Assembly: GCA_963727805.1 (NCBI GenBank)
Contig: CAVSHF010000003.1
Coordinates: forward strand, 1,088,001-1,152,000
Length of the DNA: 64,000 nucleotides
Direction: 5' to 3'
DNA from: an uncultured Nitrospiraceae bacterium
GTDB lineage: Bacteria; Nitrospirota; Thermodesulfovibrionia; Thermodesulfovibrionales; Dissulfurispiraceae
Both the position numbers and the translations under genes were made by a program. Shown here one piece after another: positions 29,332 through 40,094 of this stretch (within the stretch, counting starts at the first letter, position 1; each line of letters opens with the position of its first letter). A model generated the notes under the pieces. The model saw only the letters and a list, made by a program, of their open reading frames with translations, had not been told where the DNA came from and did not search any database.

Positions 29332-30132
29332 TTACATGTATGTTTCAGGCTCTTTCCGATTGAGACAGTTCAGGCTCAAACGTTCAGCCATCTGCCTTAT
29401 CCGCAAGTCCTCCATCCTTCTTGCACCGGCAGAACAGTTTTTTACGCACGCGCAGCATCTGATACACACGCTCCGGTTGGTTACCACCGTGTTTCCTACG
29501 GTAATCGCCGCCATCGGACAGGCCGATGCACACATTCCGCATTTCACGCATACTGCCTCTTGTGTAACAGGAGATATGTCTGATAGCAGCCCTCGTTCCT
29601 TATAGGGGAAGTTCCCCGGCACCTGAAGCGCGGGCATTTCCCCAAGTCTCTGCATATTCCTTATTTTCTCATGGATCTTCCTTCCGAATTCCTTCGCTTT
29701 CGTCAAATCTTCTAAGTCAGGCCGTCCGACCGCGATTGGCGCGGCGTTATTTGAGTATGAGTGCTCGCCGATAAAAGCTCCGGCGGCAAATGGTCTAAAC
29801 CCCATTTCTAAAGCAAGATCCCTTAATTCCAAAAGGGCATCTTCATAAGCTCTGCTTCCATACACCACGGCGATAACCGCCGGTGTGTCATTTCCTCTGA
29901 ATCGCCGCAACCTGGAGATCGCATCGGCTGGGAGCCGTCCACCGTATACAGGCACCCCTATGAGAGCTAACTCGGCATGCATTTCCACTGGCTTCCACAT
30001 TCTTGCATCCGGTGGTGTCAAATCAAAATGATCAATTGTGACAATCTGAACTCCTTGCGCAATGCCCTCTAGGACTTTCTTTGTCGTTTGAGTCGGGGAA
30101 AAGTAGATCAGTTTTGCTGAGGTGATATCCAT
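29332..30132 (-). CDS. flavodoxin + 2x4Fe-4S protein (EFR1-like)
   Basis: YFSPTQTT, PVYGGR, YGSRAYEDAL, two ferredoxin Cys motifs. Confidence 0.85.
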   Translation of the reverse strand: MDITSAKLIYFSPTQTTKKVLEGIAQGVQIVTIDHFDLTPPDARMWKPVEMHAELALIGVPVYGGRLPADAISRLRRFRGNDTPAVIAVVYGSRAYEDALLELRDLALEMGFRPFAAGAFIGEHSYSNNAAPIAVGRPDLEDLTKAKEFGRKIHEKIRNMQRLGEMPALQVPGNFPYKERGLLSDISPVTQEAVCVKCGMCASACPMAAITVGNTVVTNRSVCIRCCACVKNCSAGARRMEDLRIRQMAERLSLNCLNRKEPETYM

Positions 30133-30242
30133 ATTTGTGCTCCTTAAAAAGTCGTATCTTAATATAAACCCCTAATCGGGAAGAAGCAAGATCGGGATAC
30201 TTGACATGACGCCCTCTTATTGATGAATATATAATTACTAAT

Positions 30243-30261
30243 GAAAATGGAAACCATTTGC
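30243..30261 (+). promoter_or_regulatory. Fur-box-like operator
   Basis: GAAAATGGAAACCATTTGC, 13/19 match to GATAATGATAATCATTATC, 6 bp before the Fur-family start codon. Confidence 0.55.
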
Positions 30262-30267
30262 AATTAG

Positions 30268-30735
30268 ATGAATGATGAACAAAGAAATAAAGCTCGGCTG
30301 AGTGAGCAATTCAAACAATTTGGCTACAAAATGACCTCGGGTCGGGAAATAACAATCGACGTGCTAGCAGCGACGAATGATCACCTAAGCGCGGAAGATA
30401 TTTACCTCAAGGTCCATTCCGTAAACCCTTCAATCGGATTGACTAGTGTTTACAGGACGCTCGAACTCCTTGTGAATATGGGGATAGTCTCAAAGTTTGA
30501 CTTCGGTGACGGAAGAGCTAGGTACGAAATGGCAGAGGGCCCCAAGGGAGCGAAACACCATCACCATCTGGTGTGCACAGGGTGCGGGCGAATTGTCGAT
30601 TATTCTGATTTTCTCAGTGAGGAAACGGCCTTCTTCAAGAGTGTAGAGGGAGCATTGTCCAAAAAGTACGATTTCAGGATTACAAATCATCTTGTCCAGT
30701 TTTACGGACTGTGTGTTATATGCCAAAGAAAGTAG
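30268..30735 (+). CDS. Fur family transcriptional regulator
   Basis: HLSAEDIY, SVYRTL, HHHHLVCTGCG, C-terminal CxxC. Confidence 0.92.
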   Translation: MNDEQRNKARLSEQFKQFGYKMTSGREITIDVLAATNDHLSAEDIYLKVHSVNPSIGLTSVYRTLELLVNMGIVSKFDFGDGRARYEMAEGPKGAKHHHHLVCTGCGRIVDYSDFLSEETAFFKSVEGALSKKYDFRITNHLVQFYGLCVICQRK

Positions 30736-30813
30736 ATATGTCGTGCATAAACAAATTAGCAATCCTTGGTGGACTACTGCTTATTGAATAAGCGAGACCA
30801 GGTGCAGAGGAAA

Positions 30814-31035
30814 ATGACTAAATCGACAGTTATAGCTCTGACTTTTATCGCTATTGGGTGTCTGCTTGTAATCTATACAGTTTTGCTGCTAAACGATTTT
30901 CTTTGTTGCCGCATCATGCTTTTTTCAGATTACGGACGTTATAGTAATCAAATTTTGCCGGTCATACTTTGTGGATTGGCTGCTTTTTTGTTTGTTGGCT
31001 TGGGGTTCTGGATCATTACCAAGGGGGAAAAATGA
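30814..31035 (+). CDS. small two-TM hypothetical protein
   Basis: GAGG RBS, two hydrophobic segments. Confidence 0.4.
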   Translation: MTKSTVIALTFIAIGCLLVIYTVLLLNDFLCCRIMLFSDYGRYSNQILPVILCGLAAFLFVGLGFWIITKGEK

Positions 31036-31184
31036 CTGAAAAGGAGGACTCGATTATCTTTACTGGAGGAGCTTATATCGAAAAGCGTCCAACTTGCTAA
31101 CAGCATTTCTATGACGGGAGGAAATTAAAATCGCAAAATAGATTGCGTCTACCGTCAAATCTTACTTGAAAGGAGGTGAAGAGA

Positions 31185-31442
31185 ATGAAGAAGGTAGTTA
31201 CCATGGTTATAGCAGTTATTTTTGTTATGGGTCTTGCCTCTTTCGGCTTTGCGGCGGGACTTGAGAAGTGTGACAAGTGCCACAAGGGCGAAAAGGCAGT
31301 AGACAAGATGGTTGAGAAGAAGAAAATCGCCACAGCTGCTGACCTCAAAAAGGCTTTAAGAGAAGGTCCGAAAGCTGGCTTGCACAAGTCGTTAACCGAC
31401 GAGGATCTGAAGGCAGCCGCAGCAGCTCTTAAACTGAAATAG
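31185..31442 (+). CDS. small monoheme cytochrome c
   Basis: AGGAGG RBS, signal peptide, CDKCH, distal His. Confidence 0.8.
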   Translation: MKKVVTMVIAVIFVMGLASFGFAAGLEKCDKCHKGEKAVDKMVEKKKIATAADLKKALREGPKAGLHKSLTDEDLKAAAAALKLK

Positions 31443-31458
31443 GCTTTCCCAAATAAAG

Positions 31459-31500
31459 AGGCTCGCCATAACAAATATTCCATGGTGGGCCTTTTTATTC
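31459..31500 (+). terminator. intrinsic terminator
   Basis: AGGCTCGCCAT...ATGGTGGGCCT followed by a T-tract. Confidence 0.55.
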
Positions 31501-31704
31501 TTTCCCTTCATTCTTTGTATCCAGGTTAGGCGATGATAGCTTAAGGTTAGTAGGGACATCTCTATCGCGAGACAAGAGACACTCGACGAAGTGGCCACGA
31601 TAGATTTTTTTCGGTAATCATCGATTCAGGCTTACTGTGGGCACTCATGATTATCAGAAGGCACTTGCGGTGCAATATATATACTTTTCTAACCAAATAG
31701 CATT

Positions 31705-32286
31705 TCAAGATGACTTTTCCCCAACTAGAAAATTATGGTATGGCAGAACAGCATGTTTTCTGATATTCATAAAACCACGGGCGCGCATCTGCTTCGCGAT
31801 TGTTTCTTCGGTTACCCTTATTTTAATGGGAGGTCCTTCGGGTGTTTCCTCCTTCTTCCAATCTATAATAATGAGCTTGCCACCGTCTTTCAATAGCCGC
31901 AGAGACTCTTTTATTACCACAACGGGTTCTTCAAGCTCATGGTGAAGGTTGATCATATAAACCAGGTCAGCTATGCTATCGGGCAGTGGGACTAAACTCT
32001 CTTCCATTTTCAGAGGAATGACCACACCCCTCGCTTCCATCGGAAGATTATTCTCCATCCAAGCAATCATTTCCTCAGAAATATCGCATGCGTATACCTT
32101 TCCTGCTTTCAGTTTCTTACTAAAAGGGAGAGCAAAAAAGCCTGTACCTGCACCGATGTCGATTAAGATTTGGGGATTCGTGAGATCGGCTTTTGACCAT
32201 ATCAATTCTGGACTCAGAATTTCCAGCCTTTTGGGCTCGTTGAGTTTGGCGAGTTTAGCCGGATCGAATTTCCTTGATTCACTCAT
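31705..32286 (-). CDS. class I SAM-dependent methyltransferase
   Basis: LIDIGAGTG, LHHE, LKDGG, IIDW..GPP. Confidence 0.88.
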   Translation of the reverse strand: MSESRKFDPAKLAKLNEPKRLEILSPELIWSKADLTNPQILIDIGAGTGFFALPFSKKLKAGKVYACDISEEMIAWMENNLPMEARGVVIPLKMEESLVPLPDSIADLVYMINLHHELEEPVVVIKESLRLLKDGGKLIIIDWKKEETPEGPPIKIRVTEETIAKQMRARGFMNIRKHAVLPYHNFLVGEKSS

Positions 32287-32980
32287 TATTTCATACCTCC
32301 ACTCAGTCTTCACAACAATTATATCAATTCAGGCGGATTTACGGGCGAAGGGATTTGATCCGGTAATCATTGGTCATATTATTTTGGCCGAACTGATGAA
32401 GCCGAGGTGTTAGCGAGAGCTGGCTTGTACGATGTGCTATTATACTCCGCATAAAGAAAGATCCGGACACTATTTTTACAGTTCTTCCTTACTCGATCTT
32501 GTCAGTTTTCTGTCACAAGTGAAAGATTCTTTCCGAAACAAATGGCAATGAAAAGTCCGCTCGACAACGACTTCAAAGTAACAAACACTTTGCGTGATCT
32601 ACTTTTTTTTGCATATACGAGCATGTTCTCACAGAAGCTTACGCCCGAGATAGAAATTAATATTATGCAGCGTATAGTCAGAAATGTGTAAATGGCGCAT
32701 CCATGGTCCACCTGCAAATAAACACCACTACACTAGCTTTAATTGTACGGATTGCCAAAATAATCTAATAGAATTCTTCCCTCTCTTACTTCCTGCAATA
32801 CACCCTTTTAATTAAATTGAAAATAGTGTAAGTTATTATTATTGGAACTTAACAGTGTGACAGTTTATGTGACTAACATTACAAATCGGGTATTAGTTGG
32901 CCGACAAATGTGAGATTTCCGGTATTAGCAAGAAACTATATAATAGCTTGTTAGGCAAACAGGGACGGGAGCATGCGCAC

Positions 32981-33523
32981 ATGGACAAAATGCCGCTCAG
33001 TAAAGCGTTCACGCTGATAGAATCTGGTCCAGTTGTTCTTGTTACGACAAGTGATGGAAAGAAAGACAATATAATGACGATCTCGTGGACCATGGTGATG
33101 GACTTTACGCCAATCTTTGCAATAACCACTGGGCCCTGGAACTACTCATATACTGCACTTCGGAAATCGAAGGAATGTGTAATTTCAATTCCCACTGTTG
33201 ACCTGCTTGATAAGGTCATTGGTGTGGGAACATGTTCCGGCGCCGACACGGACAAATTTGAAAAGTTTGGGCTAACTCCTGTGAAGGGAAAGTATGTTAG
33301 GTCGCCCTTGATTAAGGAATGCCTGGCGAATATCGAATGTAAAGTGAGAGATATCGTCCAAAAGCATAATATCGTTGTCCTCGAAGGTGTCGCTGCGTAC
33401 TTTGACAGTTCACGAAAAGAGACGCGAACCGTTCACGCAATTGGCGATGGAACTTTTATAGTAGATGGGCGTAGGTTAAACCGAAAGAAAGTGATGTCGA
33501 CAAAGATTCCACCTGGACTCTAG
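32981..33523 (+). CDS. flavin reductase-like protein (integron cassette ORF)
   Basis: GPVVLVTT, NIMTISW, CSGADTDKF, PLIKECLANIEC. Confidence 0.88.
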   Translation: MDKMPLSKAFTLIESGPVVLVTTSDGKKDNIMTISWTMVMDFTPIFAITTGPWNYSYTALRKSKECVISIPTVDLLDKVIGVGTCSGADTDKFEKFGLTPVKGKYVRSPLIKECLANIECKVRDIVQKHNIVVLEGVAAYFDSSRKETRTVHAIGDGTFIVDGRRLNRKKVMSTKIPPGL

Positions 33524-33594
33524 TTCCTTACTGAATTGGGGAATGCTGTTGCTCCTTCCCTTAATCATCCATACGTAATGGCATCCAGCGGCTT

Positions 33595-33655
33595 GCCTAA
33601 CAATTCGCTGCAGGAGATAGACCTGACAGCCGGGGCCTGAGCTGAAATGTTAACA
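33595..33655 (+). mobile_element. integron attC site (61 bp)
   Basis: R'' GCCTAAC, 5-bp spacer, L'' GCTGCAGG, L' CCTGAGC (complementary to L'' apart from one extrahelical base), 6-bp spacer, R' GTTAACA; cognate GTTAGGC at 32950. Confidence 0.75.
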
Positions 33656-34141
33656 ATTATTTTTGTAAATCCTCAACAGTTGCAATCTCTCGAAAGTGTG
33701 GCGTGGTAGGTGCATGTGGTATAGCCATCCTGCGTATTTCCGGAAGAAACATTGCTTATTGTTCAGCACCCCAATTGTGTTGAGTTCCAGAAACAGCACG
33801 CCAGCAAATATTGGCAGATATTCTCTGAAATCCTCATAACAGGGAATGTCCCGGCGGTGCGTATAATCAGGTAACCCAGTCAGTTGCTACCACGCTGCTG
33901 CCTCAAAGATTACGACACGAATTGAGATCGTCAAATTTCTGGCAATGAGAAAGGGTTCAGCCGGCAACCATCAAACTGCAAGAAATTTCCAAATCAAGGT
34001 TCGGAGGTGTACCTATTTGAGTGACAGATCCTCACATTAATTGTGATGGAACCCGATACTCTAGAGACCTCTATCTACAGTTGAGGTGCACCCTTCTCTG
34101 GTATACAAAGGCATTTCTTGTAATTCTGATGAGGCTTCTTC

Positions 34142-34750
34142 TCAACAATTCGGACGCTCTGTGCATGGCTTATCTCCAGGTCCCGGCAATTCCGCTTTCT
34201 TCCCACCTGCTGATTCTCCTTCAATAAGAGATTCGACGTCAGGATACGGGTATATGGTAACGGCTCCGTTTTCAGGTAAACATCCCGAATCGATCGATGG
34301 CCCGTATACACTATAGACTTTTCTCCCTAACAACCTAAGCAAAACTCCCTGCTCTGCCCGATGATGCGCAGTGTGTGCTATCCTTCTCAGCATAATCCAA
34401 GCCCTCGTTCTTATAACATCAAAAAAAGACACTTCAGTCTCCCACCATGCCTTATCTTTCTTTTTAAGAGCGGCGAGCCTCTTTCCACTATCTTCAGCAT
34501 ACCTTTTCATAAACTCAATGCGTATTTCCTGATTAGGCAAGGGAGGCGCTCCAACATCAATACCGAACATATTGCAAAACCACTTGTTTTCACTCAAACA
34601 CTGATGCACCATATGTTCTAGGGCATTTCTGTCTCTTTCATCCAATGGATGAGGGCGAATTGAAAGATCATCATCCATAAAGGTGCTCCAAACACTGAGG
34701 GTTTTTAGTCGTTCTGTCTCATAAGTGTCTATAAGAAAATCATATTCCAT
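34142..34750 (-). CDS. DinB family protein
   Basis: EHMVHQC, RRIAHTAHHR, VYGPS. Confidence 0.8.
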   Translation of the reverse strand: MEYDFLIDTYETERLKTLSVWSTFMDDDLSIRPHPLDERDRNALEHMVHQCLSENKWFCNMFGIDVGAPPLPNQEIRIEFMKRYAEDSGKRLAALKKKDKAWWETEVSFFDVIRTRAWIMLRRIAHTAHHRAEQGVLLRLLGRKVYSVYGPSIDSGCLPENGAVTIYPYPDVESLIEGESAGGKKAELPGPGDKPCTERPNC

Positions 34751-35122
34751 TTCTCCTCCTTCTCTTAACTTGAGTTAATGTTCACAAAGTATAATCCTTT
34801 ACATGTTATTCATCAACTAAGGTGAAACAATGATCTTGTTACGCAAGAGACATCTGACGAAGTGGACATAATAGATTTTATTCGTCACATTCACTACACT
34901 GGCGACATTGGAGGTTATCAGTCAGAATTTTTTGGTAGGAACTCTTTATTCAACAATCATTTGTTATCCGCCGCTTTGTATATCTTCAGATAGCGAAAGA
35001 CGAGAAAAAGGACGCGAGGATCCCGGCTTCTTGTTCACCCCGTATCAGCTGCTTAGCCAAAGGACGTCAGCTGATACGGGGGATGCACAACGGGCACGAC
35101 CCGGCCGGAACTCAGTTGTATT

Positions 35123-36598
35123 TCAGCGCTGAACCTGAACTGGTAACCCGGGTTTATCTTCGTTCAAGGGCACAATTACCAGGAAACGGCGCTGACTATC
35201 CTCACTGCTCTGTACCGCCCTGCGAAGCGGTCCAACTGTAACCACGATCGCTGCTCCAGCTGGATTGGTCATAAACTTCGCCACCGGCTCAAGAGAGCCC
35301 GATCCATCGGCATTGCTGCCAAGCGCCAGCAAAAAGGGCTTCTTCGCTTCAAGGCCAGTGACCGCCGCCTCCAGCAGGTCAATCAGTCCTTGGTTGTTTA
35401 TTGCTACGGTGGTCTGCGGTTTTCCCGATTCGACCGAGATCAACGTCAGATGAACTGCATCACCGGACGTGCCGATGGGCGAGAGGTTTTCACTGCCATT
35501 ACCGACGGGAACGGCGTTGGGGATATAGACCATCCCTTGCGGTGATTGGCCAGTTTTAATTGTAGCAACAACCTTGTTGCTCCGCGTATCGATCGCCGTG
35601 ACTGAGTTGGCGTTCTCAAGGCCAACGAAGATCCGTGATCCTTCACCCGAGGGCCAGAGCCCGTGGGGTAGTTCGCCGGTCCGAATCGTGGCGACCAGTT
35701 CCGGACGATCGGAGGTAGTGAAGACCTTGATTTCATTGAGTCCGCCAACCGTGATATAGGCGAATTGACCGTTGGCGTTGCGAGCGAAATTAACGTGGTT
35801 GGTGATAGGACCCGTATCCAAAACGGCGATGTTGGTAAAGGGCGGCTTTGCATTGAACACCTGAGTCTTTCCTATGTCCTTGAGAGTAAACCACACCTGT
35901 TTACCGTCCGGTGTAGCAGCGATGTCCGGACAGAAAGGCGAGGCCTGCTTCACCCGGCCAACTATCTGATAAGTCTTGGTATCGATCACCACCGTTTCGG
36001 GCGTAAAGCTCGAACAGATGTAACCATATGCCCCGTCAGGAGAGAAGATCGTCATACCCGGACCATTGGGAACCTGGATACGCCGAGTGGGTTGATAGGT
36101 TTTACCGTCGAGCACCTGTACGAAGTCCTCTCCTCTAACTGTAACCCAGACTTCCTTACTATCGGGCGTAAAAAAGGCCTCATGCGGGGCTCTGCCGACA
36201 TAGGCGATGTGTTTGACGCTATTGGTCTGCGTATCGATGAACGCCACAGAGTTGGATCCAACAGAGACCACTACAAGCGTGCGATGATCCGGCGAAAACC
36301 CCATACCATGGACTAGGAGCTGGCCTCTGTATAAAGGGCTCAGATTACCTGGGGTCTGGTCACCGAGGCGGATTACTCCTATAAGTTTTTCTGCAGCCGG
36401 ATCGACAACCGAAACCGTATTCGATGTCTGGTCCGAGAGATAAACGCGGTCATGTGAAGAGATCGGGACATCGGGCATACTGGCCAAGCCGGGGGCCTGG
36501 CCGGCGTTTGCCGATGTGACCAGCAGCAAAATAAGCATAAGTGTGACTGCCTTTTGTTGAACAATAAGAGACATGATATACCTCCTTGGATAGGGCAT
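35123..36598 (-). CDS. YncE/YVTN beta-propeller protein
   Basis: signal peptide, repeated SNTVSVVD/SNSVAFID/ANSVTAID blades, His-containing loops. Confidence 0.85.
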   Translation of the reverse strand: MPYPRRYIMSLIVQQKAVTLMLILLLVTSANAGQAPGLASMPDVPISSHDRVYLSDQTSNTVSVVDPAAEKLIGVIRLGDQTPGNLSPLYRGQLLVHGMGFSPDHRTLVVVSVGSNSVAFIDTQTNSVKHIAYVGRAPHEAFFTPDSKEVWVTVRGEDFVQVLDGKTYQPTRRIQVPNGPGMTIFSPDGAYGYICSSFTPETVVIDTKTYQIVGRVKQASPFCPDIAATPDGKQVWFTLKDIGKTQVFNAKPPFTNIAVLDTGPITNHVNFARNANGQFAYITVGGLNEIKVFTTSDRPELVATIRTGELPHGLWPSGEGSRIFVGLENANSVTAIDTRSNKVVATIKTGQSPQGMVYIPNAVPVGNGSENLSPIGTSGDAVHLTLISVESGKPQTTVAINNQGLIDLLEAAVTGLEAKKPFLLALGSNADGSGSLEPVAKFMTNPAGAAIVVTVGPLRRAVQSSEDSQRRFLVIVPLNEDKPGLPVQVQR

Positions 36599-36628
36599 TA
36601 CAGAATAGCTACTCTACCGGCTTTTCAC

Positions 36629-37006
36629 TTATTTCAAACGCGCGTTCATAACGATAATTTCCTGCTGCTGGGTCACGATTATTTCCTGGGCAAGTCGCCG
36701 CAGGACTGGATCCTTGCCATAAATTAACTCTATTTTTGCCATATCAACAGCCCCTTGGTGGTGAGGAATCATCATGGCAGCGAAGTCGTGATCGGGATCT
36801 CCAGTCATGGGGGCGTTTTTCATTCCCAGATCCATTATTGTCATCGCTTCATTCATAAGCTCGTGGAAGGATTTCTCGGTACTGGCGGAAAAAGAATGTG
36901 ATGAAGTACTTCCTATAATTGCACCGATTATCACCAATATTGTTGCGAGCAGCAATGCACAAAGCTTTGGTCGCACCTCATTTGTATGTTTTTCCTTCTT
37001 GAACAC
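36629..37006 (-). CDS. DUF305 (CopM-like) protein
   Basis: DFAAMMIPHHQGAVDMA...LAQEIIVTQQQEI. Confidence 0.85.
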   Translation of the reverse strand: MFKKEKHTNEVRPKLCALLLATILVIIGAIIGSTSSHSFSASTEKSFHELMNEAMTIMDLGMKNAPMTGDPDHDFAAMMIPHHQGAVDMAKIELIYGKDPVLRRLAQEIIVTQQQEIIVMNARLK

Positions 37007-37151
37007 GATTCACCTCCTGTAGTGAGCCTGACATATGATATGCCCGGCAGGCCCATATTAGCTAAGTTACCCTCTGCAAATTAGTGCGGGAATTTAATCA
37101 CAATCTGCAATACTGGTTTCAATGGACTTATGACAAACCTAGTCCGATTTC

Positions 37152-37973
37152 CTACGCCTTAAAGAACGACAGCAGATCCGCATTAACCTGATCCTTATGA
37201 GTCGTGCACAGGCCATGCGGCGCGCCTTTGTATACTTTGAACGTCGCGTTCTTGACGATCTTTGATGAGAGCATAGCAGAGTCAGCAATAGGCACTATCT
37301 GATCGTCGTCACCATGCAAGATCAAGGTCGGCACATCGAATTTTTTAAGATCTTCAGTGAGGTCAGTTTCGGAGAATGCATTGATGCAAAAGTACGCAGC
37401 AGGCATGCCAGCCATCATTCCCTGGAGCCAGAATGAATCGCGCACGCCTTCGGAGATCTTTGCACCCGGTCTGTTGTAGCCATAGAACGGCATAGTAAGA
37501 TCCTTGAAGAACTGTGATCGGTCTGCAAGGACATTGGCGCGGATACCGTCAAAGACATCCATTGGCAAGCCGCCAGGGTTTGCTGATGTTTTTAGCATCA
37601 GCGGTGGCACTGCGCCAATCAATACAGCTTTAGCTACACGTTTCGTACCGTGGCGTCCTATATAGCGGGCGACTTCGCCTCCGCCAGTAGAGTGACCCAC
37701 GTGAATCGCACTCTTCAGGCCGAGCGCTTCCACGAGCGCCGCAAGGTCATCAGCGTACGTGGCCATGTCGTTTCCGGTCCAAGGCTGACTAGAGCGCCCA
37801 TGGCCGCGACGATCATGCGCGATGCAGCGGTAACCGTGTGAGGCCAGATAGAACATCTGGTCCTCAAAGGCATCCGCGTTCAGAGGCCAACCATGGCTGA
37901 ACACTACAGGTGGTCCGATACCCCAGTCCTTATAATAGATATCGGTGCCGTCTTTGGTAGTAATTGTGCTCAT
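37152..37973 (-). CDS. non-heme chloroperoxidase/arylesterase alpha/beta hydrolase
   Basis: [32 protein letters not shown]. Confidence 0.92.
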   Translation of the reverse strand: MSTITTKDGTDIYYKDWGIGPPVVFSHGWPLNADAFEDQMFYLASHGYRCIAHDRRGHGRSSQPWTGNDMATYADDLAALVEALGLKSAIHVGHSTGGGEVARYIGRHGTKRVAKAVLIGAVPPLMLKTSANPGGLPMDVFDGIRANVLADRSQFFKDLTMPFYGYNRPGAKISEGVRDSFWLQGMMAGMPAAYFCINAFSETDLTEDLKKFDVPTLILHGDDDQIVPIADSAMLSSKIVKNATFKVYKGAPHGLCTTHKDQVNADLLSFFKA

Positions 37974-38259
37974 TGTATGCCTCCTTTGAACCAGCTGGAT
38001 AGTATAAAGCATCTTTCACAATTTGTTGTTGGGACCTTTGCCTCCGCTTTGCATCTAAGTCACTTCTTTACATTGAGGAAAGAAATTAAAGTGCGCACAT
38101 ATTAATAATAGAAATCAGCCGAAGCGATTCATATAGGAGGATTCCCTTTTTTTATATAAGTGTTGGACTGATTTTTATGTAGGACATCTCCTACGGCAAA
38201 GAAAAGACATGAAATATTCTGGACAGGTCAGCTTATTTTTTTGTCCAGGAGGTAACAGA

Positions 38260-40094
38260 GTCGAGTGGCGCGAGGGAATCTCACCCTCACGCTCTCCCAG
38301 ATCCGGACGTGACAGTCTCCCGTCATCCGGCTCCTATCATCCAGCCTAAGGTTGAAACCCAGCAATCCAATGGGCGAACAGAGAAGGCTGTCGACAGGCT
38401 ATCTGTCTCAACCATATTGTCGCCCTCCGGTTATTGGATTTAAACCATTTGTATTTCCTTTGCATGCATCGGACTAGAATACTATTGAAAGTTTTGAAGA
38501 TCGGGTACAGTGCAGATTTGTAGTACTGACCATAGTAGTTGATCCAACCCCGAAGGACTGGATTACAGAAACGTGAAAGCTCTTCAAGGCTCTTGTCACT
38601 GCGCCGGTGAATGAACCAACTCCTCATGACTCCACGAATTGCACTGGACGCCTTATTACTCACAGCTGGGCTGAAGTTCACAAAGTAATTTCCAGACCGA
38701 CTCTTTGATCTCCGGGGTCGAAAAGTGTACCCGAGAAAATCAAAGCTCTCATTCAGGTAACTCTCTTGTCTCAATCCATCCTTACAATAGACAATCTTTG
38801 TCTTTTCAGGATGAAGCTCCAGCTTGCACTGCGTAAGCCGCCGTCCAATCTCCGTTCTGAGCCATTTGGCTTGCTTCTCACTTTTACAGTGCACAATAGC
38901 GTCGTCGGCGTAACACTCGAAAGGAATGGTTGGAAAGTTTCGTTTCATCCACTCATCAAACGCATAGTGGAGGAAAAGATTAGCGAGCAGTGGACTTGCG
39001 ACACCCCCTTGGGGAGTGCCCTTGTCACGGCTCACTCGCGTTCCGTCTTTCAATTGGGCAGGGGCCTTAAGCCATCGCTCAATGTATAACAGAATCCACT
39101 TGCATTCAGTATGCTTTCTAACAGCACGCATAACGAGGTCGTGATCCAGATTATCAAAGAACCCTTTGATGTCTAAGTCCACAACCCAGTCATAACGCCA
39201 GCATCTCTGACGTGCTACCCCTACCGCTTCAATCGCTGACTTTCCCGGCCTGTATCCATAGGAATCCTGATGAAAATGAGGCTCCACTTCAGGCTCCAGA
39301 TACATCTTAACCACCATCTGCGCAATCCGATCTCCTACCGTAGGAATACCCAGAGGCCTTATACCTCCGTTATCCTTCGGTATTTCCACGGTGCGCACCG
39401 GTGGCGGAAAGTAGCTCCCCGACGACATCCGATTCCAGAGCTTGTAGAGATTATCCTTAAGATTCCTCTCAAACTCCTCGATCGATTCCCCATCCACGCC
39501 AGCAGCACCACCATTTGCCCTTACCCGTCTAAAGGCTTCCAATACTACTTGCTTAGAAATACTAAACGGCTTTGCCTTACTCAATAGCTCCTCCCAACAA
39601 ATGGTTGACTATTCAATAAAGCTGGACGATGTAGCCCCTTTGCTCCGGTCCCATTACGAACCTTCATCGCTACTGCTGGCTACTCCGCCTCTGTGCTCCG
39701 CATCGGTACTCTCATTCTCATGGGGCCACCACTTGAACTTCTCCCTTAGCATCGGAGCGACAGTTTCCCACGTTCCACACAAGAGCCTGGATCAGCTTCA
39801 TGCCGCCTTTATGCCGGACGCCGTTCAGGCAGTAAACAGGTATCTCCTGAACTAATCCTGATGTAAAATAAGATACATCAGTTTTGACGTCGTCCTTTAC
39901 CTTTCGACACCTCATCAGCGGTTCGCTTGTGCTCATCTCTCTGATCCTTACCTGACACGATCTTGTCGTGCCTTTTCCTTAACGCTCACCACACTGGCTC
40001 TTTAGCAGTGCAGCTTAAGGTGGTTTGAAGCCTGCTCCTGTAAACCGGCTTCGAGGGGCCAGCCCTCATCTTCTTGTGCAGCCTCGTGGCGCAC
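38260..40094 (-). mobile_element. group II intron, full length, class D-like
   Basis: 5' GTGCG at 40094; DV GAGCCGGATGACGGGAGACTGTCACGTCCGGATC; DVI ending ..CTCGAC at 38260; RT ORF inside. Confidence 0.92.
38346..39584 (-). CDS. ltrA: group II intron reverse transcriptase/maturase
   Basis: RPLGIP, GTPQGG, YADD, FDFLG, GWINYY; no endonuclease domain. Confidence 0.95.
   Translation of the reverse strand: MSKAKPFSISKQVVLEAFRRVRANGGAAGVDGESIEEFERNLKDNLYKLWNRMSSGSYFPPPVRTVEIPKDNGGIRPLGIPTVGDRIAQMVVKMYLEPEVEPHFHQDSYGYRPGKSAIEAVGVARQRCWRYDWVVDLDIKGFFDNLDHDLVMRAVRKHTECKWILLYIERWLKAPAQLKDGTRVSRDKGTPQGGVASPLLANLFLHYAFDEWMKRNFPTIPFECYADDAIVHCKSEKQAKWLRTEIGRRLTQCKLELHPEKTKIVYCKDGLRQESYLNESFDFLGYTFRPRRSKSRSGNYFVNFSPAVSNKASSAIRGVMRSWFIHRRSDKSLEELSRFCNPVLRGWINYYGQYYKSALYPIFKTFNSILVRCMQRKYKWFKSNNRRATIWLRQIACRQPSLFAHWIAGFQP

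Noticed and set aside
38346..39584. Retron, DGR or defence RT
   Set aside because: The ORF lies within complete group II intron boundaries with DV/DVI; no TR/VR pair or msr-msd seen.
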